Numbered from the stretch's first letter, positions 29,816-40,456 are shown. The stretch: 64,000 bases of DNA from an uncultured virus (IMG/VR IMGVR_UViG_3300030376_004017) (IMGVR_UViG_3300030376_004017); one strand, 5' to 3'. Made by a program: numbers and translations. Notes: generated from the letters alone by a model not told the origin.

Positions 29816-30112
29816 CTACGATGTCAAGCTTTTTCTTTTCCCGTATATAAAATCTTTCATATCATAGCTGATACCTCTGTCTTCGCAAAACTTCCTATAA
29901 CTTGGGTTGAATACTTCACGTACCCACTCAACTGACACAAGCTTGTAATAGTCTCCGCTAAGATCATCGTCAACGTTAAGTAATTTATCAGGCAGCCTAG
30001 CACTATGAGGTTCTTTACCTATACCATAAGATCCTTTGCCACATGTTACTTGTAGCCTAAACTCTGACTCTATGTTAGTAGGGCCGTTAGCTGCAACGCT
30101 TCGCGATTTCAT
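29816..30112 (-). CDS. Hypothetical protein
   Basis: ORF fits the operon. Confidence 0.55.
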   Translation of the reverse strand: MKSRSVAANGPTNIESEFRLQVTCGKGSYGIGKEPHSARLPDKLLNVDDDLSGDYYKLVSVEWVREVFNPSYRKFCEDRGISYDMKDFIYGKRKSLTS

Positions 30113-31608
30113 TCTAGTAACCCTTCATCTATACCGTAGTCAACATCGTCATCTATATCAGTATCTACGTTGCCAAGTTCATCGTCTAAGTTAGGAGCGA
30201 ATAGCGAAGCCCACTGTTCTTTAGCAGATACAGCTTTATTAATACACTTAACCTTATTCTCTACCACAGCAGCTACTCGTTCCTCAATAGTATTCCTATA
30301 CCATAAGACTTCTTGCAGTGTGTTAGATTGTGAGGTGATACGATGGCTACGGCCAAGGCATTGGATCAAGTCTATCGCTGACCACGTTGGGGGTAGTATG
30401 ATATGTCGAGGTCGTGCGCTATCCTGCTCATGGTGTAGAGATATACCTACACCGCCAGCTTGTAACGTAAGTAACATGACATCACGCTTGCCCTCTTGAA
30501 ACTCATCGACATGACGTTGCCTCTGTTCGGATGACTGACCTCCGGTAACAAATCCAATACGGTCACTGTCATATCCGTAGCGTTCAGTCAGTGCTAACCA
30601 AGCGCCTCGTAACATGTTCTTGAAGTTGCTGGCTATGATAACCTGCGAGCCTTCTTGAACTGCGTTGTGCGCTCTGCCAGCAATCAACGGCGAACGTATC
30701 TCTTCAGCTTTTTGCCTGAACTTTTGCATGGCTACGAGACGAGCGGCGAGTATACCGTGACCCGTTTGACCACGCAACTTGTAAAGCTTTTCAAGATACT
30801 CGTTGTATGCGTTGTTATAAATATCACGTTCTTTCTGGTTACGAAAGTCAATGAGTACACATTCTGTATGTGCCTTATGTTTGAAACGTACGCCCTTAAC
30901 GTTAACGGTGTACGGTTCCATGACATCTTTGACACGTTCCATAGCCTTCGGACTGTACGCTGCAGTGTTACCGTATGTGGCAAGCGAGCGCATGACAGAG
31001 GGCGCAGTGTTCTGTGATAGTGGGAGTACGTTGTACTTAGAGCGCATGCCTACACCAACCATTACAGTACGCGCTTCACATACACGTTGATAGGGTGTAG
31101 CGCTGATGAATATACGTTTAACGTTCTCAGGCAATCCACGTGCAATATTTGTACGTGTGCTGTCCTCATTCTTTAACGCTTGGCATTCATCAAACACCAC
31201 TAGCTTGGGTAACATAATGTCACTCCAATCGTAGACGATGTTCTCTTGACCATAGGTTACTACTGTACGTGCTTTGTAATACATAGCGCCGCCAGTTTTA
31301 GGAGACGTAAGCGCCGAGTACGATAATACTAGCACCTTGCCAGCGATACCGTACGCTTTAAGCACACGTTTGGTTTGTATGATAGTAGCTGCAGGTGCAA
31401 TCCACAGCACGGGTATGGCAGCGTTAGCGCCTATACTTGGATCAGCTTGTAGCTCATCAACAACTTGTTTGATAGCTTGGGCTGTGATGTAGGTCTTGCC
31501 TACGCCTGTGCCAGCTTGTAGCAAAGCGCCTCGTTCATTACGTACACGTGTAGCGAGTTCGTTAGCTGCTTTTGTCTGGAATGGTATTTCTTTTGTGTTT
31601 GTTGTCAT
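30109..31608 (-). CDS. Superfamily 2 helicase
   Basis: GTGVGKT, VFDECQ, SATP, GGVGISL, QCLGRSHR. Confidence 0.85.
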   Translation of the reverse strand: MTTNTKEIPFQTKAANELATRVRNERGALLQAGTGVGKTYITAQAIKQVVDELQADPSIGANAAIPVLWIAPAATIIQTKRVLKAYGIAGKVLVLSYSALTSPKTGGAMYYKARTVVTYGQENIVYDWSDIMLPKLVVFDECQALKNEDSTRTNIARGLPENVKRIFISATPYQRVCEARTVMVGVGMRSKYNVLPLSQNTAPSVMRSLATYGNTAAYSPKAMERVKDVMEPYTVNVKGVRFKHKAHTECVLIDFRNQKERDIYNNAYNEYLEKLYKLRGQTGHGILAARLVAMQKFRQKAEEIRSPLIAGRAHNAVQEGSQVIIASNFKNMLRGAWLALTERYGYDSDRIGFVTGGQSSEQRQRHVDEFQEGKRDVMLLTLQAGGVGISLHHEQDSARPRHIILPPTWSAIDLIQCLGRSHRITSQSNTLQEVLWYRNTIEERVAAVVENKVKCINKAVSAKEQWASLFAPNLDDELGNVDTDIDDDVDYGIDEGLLE

Positions 31609-32041
31609 AGTCCTAACATGTTACGAATTTCTTCTTGTTTCATAGTGCTAAGCAGTTTCTCTATTAGCTCATCCTTAACACCTACCTTACGCATCTGCGC
31701 TTTCAAATCTTCTAACGCATCAAGCTTAGCTTTCTCGACTGCTGCGCACTTACGATCACGTTCCTCTCTACGTTGGCGTGCTGTGTTACCTACCATAGTC
31801 CACTCGCTACGCCTCCATAGTCTGTACAGTTGCTTGCCATCCTTCGTTTTACCAGCGGCTACGATGTTACCTATAGTAGCACCGCTCCAACCTACAGCGT
31901 CGGGATCACACTCGCATACGAGGTGTTCGTTACCGTAGTCACTGTTATCTATCGCAGCTTTGACAATCTCGTCTACGATAATGTATGACTTGTGTCCTAG
32001 CACAAGGTCAGCGAATAGCCTTTCATCTAGTGTTATCATAT
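31605..32041 (-). CDS. Hypothetical early protein
   Basis: ORF; start uncertain. Confidence 0.55.
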
Positions 32042-32156
32042 ATCGTATCCTATAATGCAAATGATAATTACAAAAATCCAGAGCGCCATGAACAACCCAA
32101 AGCTAAACACAGCCTCTTTCCTATGTTTGTCTAATATTTTTTCTATGTCTTTCATA

Positions 32157-32549
32157 TTACTTAACCTGTTTAAAAGCTACCTTAGTGTCTCTTATACCTA
32201 CCGCACTGTTGACTGCTGTCATCAGACCATTACAAGCGTAGCGTAGCTTTGTTGTTAAATTCATATCATTTTCTGGCGTATAATCACAGTAGCGACAACC
32301 TGCTAATGTACCATCCTGTGCTTGCTGTGTTACATGGCTGAGAGCGTCTATGCTATCCTTTACTTTAACATAAACTTTTCTTTGCACTCTGCTTTCAGCT
32401 ATCTTAGTACAAGTGTCTATGTGCGCATAGTTCAACAACTCTGCGTCATCTTCTGCTTTACCTAGTAATACTGTTAGCATATAACTAGCCTTTGACTTAT
32501 CACTTATGATATCTTCATAAGTCCACTTCAATATCTCTGCGTTATTCAT
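32157..32549 (-). CDS. Hypothetical protein, first gene of the early operon
   Basis: ORF just downstream of a sigma70-type promoter. Confidence 0.6.
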   Translation of the reverse strand: MNNAEILKWTYEDIISDKSKASYMLTVLLGKAEDDAELLNYAHIDTCTKIAESRVQRKVYVKVKDSIDALSHVTQQAQDGTLAGCRYCDYTPENDMNLTTKLRYACNGLMTAVNSAVGIRDTKVAFKQVK

Positions 32550-32598
32550 TTTGTATCGTAGCTTAGTAACAATATCATACTGCTACCAAACGGCTAAT

Positions 32599-32627
32599 AC
32601 AGTACCATAAATCTTCTACAAAGTCAA
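32599..32627 (-). promoter_or_regulatory. sigma70-type early promoter
   Basis: Minus strand TTGACT-17-TACTGT with an extended -10 TG. Confidence 0.65.
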
Positions 32628-32654
32628 GCATTATCTTCTAGCGTACAGCACGCT

Positions 32655-32970
32655 ATAACGTAGAGGTAGGTTATTTTAGAAGCGACGTTGATAATAGACA
32701 TAATCATGTTAATTTGTCAACTCAGGGTATTATACGGGTATATGGGTATGATGTTTAATTTTATACAGTATGTATATATATATACATATATATAATTCAA
32801 GTAATAACTACTAACCCTACATCAATATCAACCCTACATAAGTGTGGAGGATCCCAAGTTAACAAAATTACATGATCATGTCTATTGTCAACGATGGTTC
32901 TAAGATCACCGCTACGTTATGCTATCTACGTGAAACATAGAGCTGCGCTGTTATGCTATCTACGTGAAAC
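32655..32970. repeat. Long imperfect inverted repeat, 20-bp AT palindrome and 21-bp direct repeats (candidate origin or genome end)
   Basis: Arms ~32677-32722 and ~32857-32902; tatgtatatatatatacata at 32769-32788; gttatgctatctacgtgaaac at 32916 and 32950. Confidence 0.75.
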
Positions 32971-33071
32971 TTTTGCTACAAAAATTTAAAAGCTATGATA
33001 GTTATAAAAATCTTTTAGTTTTATAATTATTTATAACGTAGAAAAAAGATTAAAAAACTTTTAAAAAGTGC

Positions 33072-33100
33072 TTGCGTTAGAAGATAAACTAACCTACTCT
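33072..33100 (+). promoter_or_regulatory. sigma70-type promoter
   Basis: TTGCGT-17-TACTCT with an A-tract UP region. Confidence 0.5.
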
Positions 33101-33139
33101 CTTTTCGTGCTTCAAATGAAGCCATAACACATAATAAAA

Positions 33140-33616
33140 ATGAGCAATAAAACAGACAAAAAACCAGAAGATAAAGAAACTCAGTTAGTGAATGAACTAT
33201 GCGCAAGCTTAGTTCTAACTGAAACGAAAGCAAAAGGAGGCAAAACTCCTATTGCTTACTATAGTATCCCTTCAAAGGATATTGAGCTTGTCGGCGACCT
33301 AGCAGACGAACGCGGCAAACACGAAGAGTATCAAGAACGCGTCGCAATGGCCTACAATGTGCTACTGAAGACAGCGCAGACAGTCCAAAGTGATGAGGGG
33401 CGCGGTGATACGCTAAGTGAAGAGGAGAAGCTAAAACGAGCAAAAGCGCTTATCACTGAGCGCTGGTTCCTCGTAGCAGAATCCGAAGCTACAAAAACCA
33501 AACGTCAAATGACGGACGTGAAGGCTATCGTAGAGAAGCTTGCTACTGCTACCAAGGCCGGCAACGCTGAAGATATCGCGAGCCTAAACGCGCAGCTTGT
33601 AACGCTAATGGGGTAA
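33140..33616 (+). CDS. Hypothetical protein, monocistronic early gene
   Basis: ORF with its own promoter and terminator. Confidence 0.65.
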   Translation: MSNKTDKKPEDKETQLVNELCASLVLTETKAKGGKTPIAYYSIPSKDIELVGDLADERGKHEEYQERVAMAYNVLLKTAQTVQSDEGRGDTLSEEEKLKRAKALITERWFLVAESEATKTKRQMTDVKAIVEKLATATKAGNAEDIASLNAQLVTLMG

Positions 33617-33622
33617 CGTACA

Positions 33623-33650
33623 GGGGGAGGTGTAACAACCTCCCCTTTTT
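33623..33650 (+). terminator. Rho-independent terminator
   Basis: ggggaggt...acctcccc followed by T5. Confidence 0.85.
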
Positions 33651-33799
33651 CTATCGTAGCAAAAAATTTCTCAACCACAATCTAGTCGGGGTACACCCCG
33701 AATGATGCACGACTACGAACTATAACCCTCTCTGAAAAAATGACCTCTCAAACTTTTTGCTTAGAAGATGCAAAGCGCCCTGCGCAAAACACTCAGTAT

Positions 33800-33816
33800 A
33801 TGGCATGATTATTGCT
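33800..33816 (+). promoter_or_regulatory. sigma54 (-24/-12) promoter for the late/packaging operon
   Basis: ATGGCATGATTATTGCT, GG-N10-GC; intergenic at the head of the + strand late arm. Confidence 0.8.
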
Positions 33817-33921
33817 TGTAATATAGGTATGGAACATGATAATAAGTTCTCCAAGGATACTATTGCGATGTGCGAAGCTACACCATTACTCCGTTACTGG
33901 GCTACCCAAAACCCGTAAGTC

Positions 33922-36636
33922 ATGCCTGATCCATTCACCAATCAAACCACACCTCCGTTAGTCAACGTCCCTGAGTTAGATTTAGAGCGCGTTGATCCTA
34001 ACCAAGCATTGCGTGAAGTTTATCAGGCATACCCGTCACTTGCTGACCAACGCTTACCACGATTAACCAACAACATCGTTAATCCAGCGTTAACGTCTAC
34101 TGTTAACACCGTAGCAAATGAATACCTACCAGCAGGTAGAGGTTTTAATTACGATGGGCCGTGGGGCTATGCAGACGCTAACCAGAAGCTTTTAGGCACA
34201 GCACCAAACATTTCACTAGGCCCAGAGGTTACATGGTCAAGAGCGCAGCCACGCGATACGGGTGGAGGCATTCAGCCATTTAAGTCTAACGTATACTTTG
34301 ATGCAGGTGGTTCAGCCGCTGGCATGGATATAGAAGATATCGTAGCTGGTATACAAGACGCTATTAAAAACACAAATGTAGCAGGAGGCACACAAATTCC
34401 AGAAGGTTATCCAGAAGGCACTGTAAAAATTGAAGGTGGCTACGGACTTCCAGACGGCACTGCTGTACCAGATGCAGAAACGCAAGCAGAGATTGATGCT
34501 TTAATAGCACAAGGCAATGCTGATTTAGATGCTGCAGGTCAAGGTGTTGATATAGGAGATATTGGTGGCGTACAAAACGTTGATGTTAATGCTATTGACC
34601 CTGCTGGACAATCCACAGGCGGTGGAGGCGTTGAGGAAACGGGCAGAGCGCCCGGAGTAGAGATTGTTGATAATACTGGCGCTACACCTACAACGTCTAC
34701 TGTAGAGGATTGGTTAGGTATGCGTTACACAAACAATCGCGTACCAACAGGTGCTGAAGGTTTACAGTATAACGAAGCTACTGATAACCCTCTAAAGCCT
34801 ACTTATATGTTAAAACCGTCTGTGCTTGCAAAACTTAGTGCATCTTCTGAAGACCTTTTAAAAAACATAAGTAAGTTTTTTGACATAACCACAGGAAAGC
34901 AACGCTCTCAGTATGGGCCACGTCCAGAAAATGAAAGCGTATTTGCACAACAATTAAAACGTGCTAATGATTTAATAAAGGGTAGGATAGATGAAGGTAT
35001 AAAACCTTTTGAAACAAGAGGTACTTATACACAGTTAGGCGATAGAACTCCTTATGGTATAGATATTGTTAGCACACTAGCAAACTTAGAAGAGGTTATA
35101 AAAAACCCTGAAAATATAAAGACACAAGAGTATGGTGACTTACAGTTTAGGGCTTTAGTTAACTGGGCTATGTTATACAGTCAGTTTGGTTCTCAGATAG
35201 GTTTACCATTTGCGGTAGTTTCTTTGGGTGATGATATACTAAGCGCGTTTAGCAATCTTTTAGGAGATAACTGGGAAGATCGAGGTAATCCTGTGCAAGA
35301 TGTTGTACACTACAGTATTTGGAAAACTGGTGATATATTTAAAAAATCTTACAATAAAACGCTTGGACGTGCGCTAGGTAAAATAAAGCCGGGATCACTT
35401 AAAAATAAACTTGGTAAGTTAACACATAACTTTGATTTTGATTTTGGCCCTAACAAACAGCCGCAGCCTAAGATACGTATAACGTTTAACAAAAAGCCTC
35501 AAGAAGCGCCTGAGTTCAAAGGTACTCTTGGAGGTCGTAATACTTTAAATGTACCGCCATCAACGACTGAAAGTGGTGCAGGTGGTGGTAGTTTTACAAA
35601 CAGACCTACGTTGCCTCCCCCTCCGCCTAGAACAACTATTGCAATGGGGCCAGCAGAAGGTCGTGGAACATTTCCAAAACCTCCACCACAAGTTGTAGAC
35701 GCAGAAACTTTAACAACAACGCCAGTAGAACCTACTGTAAGCGATCCTGATTATGTAACACCGTTACCAGAAAATCCGAAAGATCCTTTAGAAGGTACAG
35801 AAGGTGTAGATTATAAGTATATATGGTTGCCTTATACAAACAATGAAGTCTTTAGAGGCTATAACGAAGTAGCTGAGTTAGATACTGTAGACCCAAGTCA
35901 AATCGACTTTTGGGAAAGAACACTTGTTACACGAAACTCTGCAACAGATACTTTAGGTGATAGAGTAGGTGGGGCTGTAGAAGCAGGAGGTGGTGTAGAT
36001 TATGGTGGCGGTTCTTTAGATCAATTAGAACGTGATTACTTTAATGCTAAACAGTTATGGGATGCTAAATCAGAGGACACGTCAGACATTACTGGGCCGG
36101 GAGGTATATCTGATGGTATGGGTGGCGGTGGTGGTGTTGCTGGTGGTGGTAGTGGAGGTATGGGAGGCGCTTCTGGCGGTGGTCTTGGTTTAGTTGATTC
36201 ACAAAACCCTAACGGTTGGCGTGATCCACAAAACCCTAGAGATGGTTTAGATCCAAACGCATCTTATGATCCGAACGCACGTTGGGAATCTGACTTGCCT
36301 GATGACGTTAGGCGAGATTTGCCTAGAGATCATCCACAACATGAAAACAATAGACCTGAGTGGGATAAACCTTTAGATGGTGGCTTTATTGGTACTGACT
36401 TACCAAAACCAGATCCGGCAGTAGGCTGGGATTCAGCGTTATCTCCAACTAAAATAGTTCGAGATTTCGGCCCAGACGGTGTTATAGAAGAAGTACACTC
36501 TTTAAGAACACAAACAAAATGGAATCCTGCCACAAATTCATGGGAATACTATAAATGGTATCAAGCACCTAATGAAGTTTCTCCTCCCGGCTTTATTCCG
36601 TTTGATGCTGAGAGGGTTTATCCTATTGGCGGTTAA
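33922..36636 (+). CDS. Large Pro/Gly/Asp-rich hypothetical protein
   Basis: 904-aa ORF with low-complexity tracts. Confidence 0.7.
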   Translation: MPDPFTNQTTPPLVNVPELDLERVDPNQALREVYQAYPSLADQRLPRLTNNIVNPALTSTVNTVANEYLPAGRGFNYDGPWGYADANQKLLGTAPNISLGPEVTWSRAQPRDTGGGIQPFKSNVYFDAGGSAAGMDIEDIVAGIQDAIKNTNVAGGTQIPEGYPEGTVKIEGGYGLPDGTAVPDAETQAEIDALIAQGNADLDAAGQGVDIGDIGGVQNVDVNAIDPAGQSTGGGGVEETGRAPGVEIVDNTGATPTTSTVEDWLGMRYTNNRVPTGAEGLQYNEATDNPLKPTYMLKPSVLAKLSASSEDLLKNISKFFDITTGKQRSQYGPRPENESVFAQQLKRANDLIKGRIDEGIKPFETRGTYTQLGDRTPYGIDIVSTLANLEEVIKNPENIKTQEYGDLQFRALVNWAMLYSQFGSQIGLPFAVVSLGDDILSAFSNLLGDNWEDRGNPVQDVVHYSIWKTGDIFKKSYNKTLGRALGKIKPGSLKNKLGKLTHNFDFDFGPNKQPQPKIRITFNKKPQEAPEFKGTLGGRNTLNVPPSTTESGAGGGSFTNRPTLPPPPPRTTIAMGPAEGRGTFPKPPPQVVDAETLTTTPVEPTVSDPDYVTPLPENPKDPLEGTEGVDYKYIWLPYTNNEVFRGYNEVAELDTVDPSQIDFWERTLVTRNSATDTLGDRVGGAVEAGGGVDYGGGSLDQLERDYFNAKQLWDAKSEDTSDITGPGGISDGMGGGGGVAGGGSGGMGGASGGGLGLVDSQNPNGWRDPQNPRDGLDPNASYDPNARWESDLPDDVRRDLPRDHPQHENNRPEWDKPLDGGFIGTDLPKPDPAVGWDSALSPTKIVRDFGPDGVIEEVHSLRTQTKWNPATNSWEYYKWYQAPNEVSPPGFIPFDAERVYPIGG

Positions 36637-36639
36637 GTT

Positions 36640-36996
36640 ATGAGTGCAGCTAACGAACAGATACATCAATTAAAGCGCATGGGATTCTCTAACGAAGAGA
36701 TATCCCGTGATTTGCGTTATGATAAGGAAGTTGTAGATATTGTAGCACCTGAGACTGCATCAGCCCAACAAGCTGTTGCACGACTAGACGACCTAGGTGA
36801 TGCAGCCATCAAAGTTTTAGAAGAACTTATGCACTACGGTGAGAATGACCGTGTACGTGCTGATGCTGCAAAGTTTATTGTAGATAAGCAGTATGATAAG
36901 GAAAAATCCAAGGCTACTATGGAGTTTTCACAATTCACTGAGCGTTTGCAAAGAGCGCAAGATCGTATAAAAGAGCTTCATGTGGTTGAAGGATGA
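36640..36996 (+). CDS. Terminase small subunit (putative)
   Basis: N-terminal HTH-like segment, VRADAAKFIVD; directly upstream of TerL. Confidence 0.6.
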   Translation: MSAANEQIHQLKRMGFSNEEISRDLRYDKEVVDIVAPETASAQQAVARLDDLGDAAIKVLEELMHYGENDRVRADAAKFIVDKQYDKEKSKATMEFSQFTERLQRAQDRIKELHVVEG

Positions 36997-38543
36997 AGTA
37001 CGAGAACAATGTTATTAAGTTTGCTAACCCGCATGAGATGCTTCTTGTGTGTGATGACAACTTACTTGATGGACATATAAAGCTACACCCTTGGCAGGAC
37101 AAAATTCTCAGAGATTTTGCTGAGCCATCTACCTCAGACGAACCTTATAAGGCTGTTGTCAGGGCTGCTAACGGTAGTGGTAAGGATAATTTTATTATAG
37201 CGCCTTGTGCTGTGTGGCTTTCTCTACGCTATGAAAACTCGCTTACAGTTATTACATCTGCATCTGGTAATCAGTTGGATCGACAGACAGACAAGTACAT
37301 TAAGCAGCTTACTAACGCACAAAACAAACTATTCGGTACACAGATATGGAAACAAAACTATCGGCGCTATGAGAACCTAGTAAATGGTTCAACGATAGAA
37401 ATGTTTGTGACTGACGAGGCTGGTCGAGCAGAAGGTTGGCATCCACCAGTACCCGGGGGACAGATGGCCATACTTGTTAGTGAGGCTAAGTCAATACATG
37501 ACGATATATTTACTGCGTTAGCGCGTTGCACAGGCTTTACCAAGCGCATAGACGTTAGCAGTCCCGGTATACCGTCAGGACACTTTTATAATGCGTGTGT
37601 TGGTGGTAGATGGAAGCAGCATCATGTCACAGCTTTTGATTGTCCACACCTGAGTGAGGACTATATAAGCGATATACGTAATACGTATGGCGAAAACTCT
37701 GCACTTTACCGCTCTATGGTATTGGCAGACTTCGGAGGCTTGGAAGAGCAGGTTGTTATTAACTTTTCTGCTATAGCTGAATTAGATAGCCTTGATATAG
37801 AACATGTACCTGAAGGTTATAACATAGCTGGACTTGATTTATCCGCAGGTGGTGACGAACAGGTTGTTGTTGTACGTAATGGTAATAAGGTAATTGGTGT
37901 AGAAGCCTTTAAGTTTGCAGATACAACCGTATTGTTAGACAAGCTATCAGAGGTTTTTTATAAATATGACCTCGATAATTCAGAAAGTATTATTTATGGC
38001 GATGCTGGTGGTTTGGGTAAGCCTATACTCGATCAGCTTAATCGTGATGGTTGGAATGTTCGCTATGTTCTCAATCAAGCAGCGCCTTACAACAAACTAG
38101 CATACCTTAACCGTGGTGCAGAACTTTGGTTTAGTTTAGGGAGACATTTAGAGAATGCCGAGATCATACTTCCACAAGACACTACGCTACGTAAACAACT
38201 CGCTTCGCGTTATTATACGGTCACGCCGCAAAACAAGATACAACTGGAAAGCAAACGTCAGGCCAAAGCTAAAGGCCACTCATCTCCTGATCGTGCTGAT
38301 GCTTTTGTACTTGCTTTTGCAGATTACCGAGGTGTAATGCCGCAACGTTATGCAGCGCGAGACACTGTTCAGTATGAGCTTAATGATATAGATGAGCCAG
38401 TACCAGAACAGCACTCGTCGCTACGTGCGCGGCTTAATCGACCAAAAGATCAGCATAAAAGCTTTAAGTCTACGGGTTGGAGTGATGAAATAATTTATGA
38501 AGTGGAACAGTTAAACGAAAGACTTTTACAAAATGCAAAGTGA
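36993..38543 (+). CDS. terL: Terminase large subunit
   Basis: ANGSGKD Walker A, SSP motif, GLDLS..GD, DAGGLG and SPDRADA nuclease motifs. Confidence 0.9.
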   Translation: MKYENNVIKFANPHEMLLVCDDNLLDGHIKLHPWQDKILRDFAEPSTSDEPYKAVVRAANGSGKDNFIIAPCAVWLSLRYENSLTVITSASGNQLDRQTDKYIKQLTNAQNKLFGTQIWKQNYRRYENLVNGSTIEMFVTDEAGRAEGWHPPVPGGQMAILVSEAKSIHDDIFTALARCTGFTKRIDVSSPGIPSGHFYNACVGGRWKQHHVTAFDCPHLSEDYISDIRNTYGENSALYRSMVLADFGGLEEQVVINFSAIAELDSLDIEHVPEGYNIAGLDLSAGGDEQVVVVRNGNKVIGVEAFKFADTTVLLDKLSEVFYKYDLDNSESIIYGDAGGLGKPILDQLNRDGWNVRYVLNQAAPYNKLAYLNRGAELWFSLGRHLENAEIILPQDTTLRKQLASRYYTVTPQNKIQLESKRQAKAKGHSSPDRADAFVLAFADYRGVMPQRYAARDTVQYELNDIDEPVPEQHSSLRARLNRPKDQHKSFKSTGWSDEIIYEVEQLNERLLQNAK

Positions 38544-40224
38544 TTTTACAGATTACACGGACGCAACAACAAAGATAAGGGAACTGCTTGATGTTGTTAG
38601 CGATTTAGAAACAGTTGCCGACGAGAACAGAAACTCTCGTAAACTTGACGTTAATATAGAAGCAGAGAGGGTAGATGGATACCTAGAAGAGGATGAGTTT
38701 CTTGTACCTGCACACATTATAGATAGCAATATACGGAGAGAACAGTCGAAATATGTAGCGTATGTTACGGGTAGTAGACGGTCAGCTATATTTACTTCTA
38801 TCACAGAACCAACTGCAGCAACTGGCGCACTTGAGCGAGACTTTACTGATAAGACTAGGTACGCAGGATGGCAGATACCGTTGTTTAAGGTTATTGATGG
38901 TATGCAATTGCATGGCTATAGCATAGCTGAAGTGCAGTTTGATACAGATAAGCCGGGACATTTTAGTGTTGATGCCGTGAACTTTGAGGACTTTGGCTTT
39001 CCTGCTGATACACGCGACATACAAGCGTGTGAGATGATTGTACATCGTCATTACTTCACTGCACTGCAGTTACGTGAGACAGATGACTTTAATGAGGAGG
39101 TTGTTGACATCCTATTAGGCGGCAATCCTGACGATGACTCAGGCATTGCATCATATAATGAATCACTTTATCAGATTGAAAAAATTATGTTTAAGCAAGA
39201 CGGTAAAGTTTTTGTTGCATGGTCTTGCTGTGATAAGTGTGACGATTGGTTACGAGAACCTCGTCCGTTATACCTTGGACGACGTTCTGGAGAAACTTTT
39301 GAAACTGAAACAGAGTACCCTTACATTATATTTCCTTACAATATACAAGAGGATAGCGCCATACAAAGTGCATCTGGTCGAGCATTCTTGGATCGTACAG
39401 CGCAGGAAACTATTACGTCACTAATGTCTTCGTTTGTTACAGCACATCGACGCGCTTCTAACTTTTACTTTGCGAAGGACAATGAAGATCCGAACAATAC
39501 TAACATACAGACGAGTGTTAAGTTTCAGCCGGGAGCGCTGATTGATTCAAACATAAAACAGTTTCAGTTATCGCCGCCAGATTCTTCTATGTTAGGTGCG
39601 ATTCAATCGCTTGTGAGCCAAAACTCTCAAGAACAGTCGCAAGTAAACTATGCTGCTATGAATCGTAAGGATAGTCGTAAGACTGCTACTGAAATTCAAG
39701 CAGCATCTGGCGAAGCGCAAATGTTGTCATCAACACAGGTGTCTTTGTTTAGCATAGCACTTAAAGATGTTTATGATATTTGTTTTAGGATTTATCAATC
39801 AAGGGTGATTGTAGGCGCGTTGAGGCCGTCTGCACCTCTTGATTTATTCCTTAACCACGTATACAACATTAAACCTGCAGGTGATGTAGATGTTATAGAA
39901 CGTGCTGAGAAATCGCAGAAGATGATGCAAGCGTGGCCAGTGGTTGCGCAAACAGCATTGGCATCTACGTTTTTACAGAACATGATGCGCTTGATGTTCC
40001 CTGATGAAGGGGAGTCTTATGCAGAAATGCTGCAGACAGGCGATCAAAAGAACGCGCTACTACAACAGCTTATGCAAATTGTAAACGCGCTTGTAGTAGA
40101 TCAAGAAACAGGGCAGCTTAACGAAGACGCACAGCCATTTGCAGATAAACTGCAGATGATACAGTCACAAGTTCAAGATGTCTTAGGTACAGATGACAAA
40201 GGAACTCCTACGCCAACAGGTTGA
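38533..40224 (+). CDS. Portal protein
   Basis: 563 aa after TerL; KTATEI motif. Confidence 0.8.
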   Translation: MQSDFTDYTDATTKIRELLDVVSDLETVADENRNSRKLDVNIEAERVDGYLEEDEFLVPAHIIDSNIRREQSKYVAYVTGSRRSAIFTSITEPTAATGALERDFTDKTRYAGWQIPLFKVIDGMQLHGYSIAEVQFDTDKPGHFSVDAVNFEDFGFPADTRDIQACEMIVHRHYFTALQLRETDDFNEEVVDILLGGNPDDDSGIASYNESLYQIEKIMFKQDGKVFVAWSCCDKCDDWLREPRPLYLGRRSGETFETETEYPYIIFPYNIQEDSAIQSASGRAFLDRTAQETITSLMSSFVTAHRRASNFYFAKDNEDPNNTNIQTSVKFQPGALIDSNIKQFQLSPPDSSMLGAIQSLVSQNSQEQSQVNYAAMNRKDSRKTATEIQAASGEAQMLSSTQVSLFSIALKDVYDICFRIYQSRVIVGALRPSAPLDLFLNHVYNIKPAGDVDVIERAEKSQKMMQAWPVVAQTALASTFLQNMMRLMFPDEGESYAEMLQTGDQKNALLQQLMQIVNALVVDQETGQLNEDAQPFADKLQMIQSQVQDVLGTDDKGTPTPTG

Positions 40225-40456
40225 TATATGGTGTGATAGCCACACCACAAGAATTTTTAGAGGATTGCTTAACGATAAACGTGAGCGATTACTTAAAGAA
40301 ATGAAATTTGCTATGCAGAAGCACGATAATCCTGAGATTACTGTACGTCTTGTAGCGAAGTTAGCAGAGTTAGATGAAGTTATAGCACACACGAAAGATG
40401 CAAACACAATTACAGAACACGGAAGTAGAGGAGTCGTTAGCACAGGAAATGTCTAA
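40193..40456 (+). CDS. Hypothetical head-module protein
   Basis: Small ORF between portal and scaffold. Confidence 0.5.
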   Translation: MTKELLRQQVDIWCDSHTTRIFRGLLNDKRERLLKEMKFAMQKHDNPEITVRLVAKLAELDEVIAHTKDANTITEHGSRGVVSTGNV

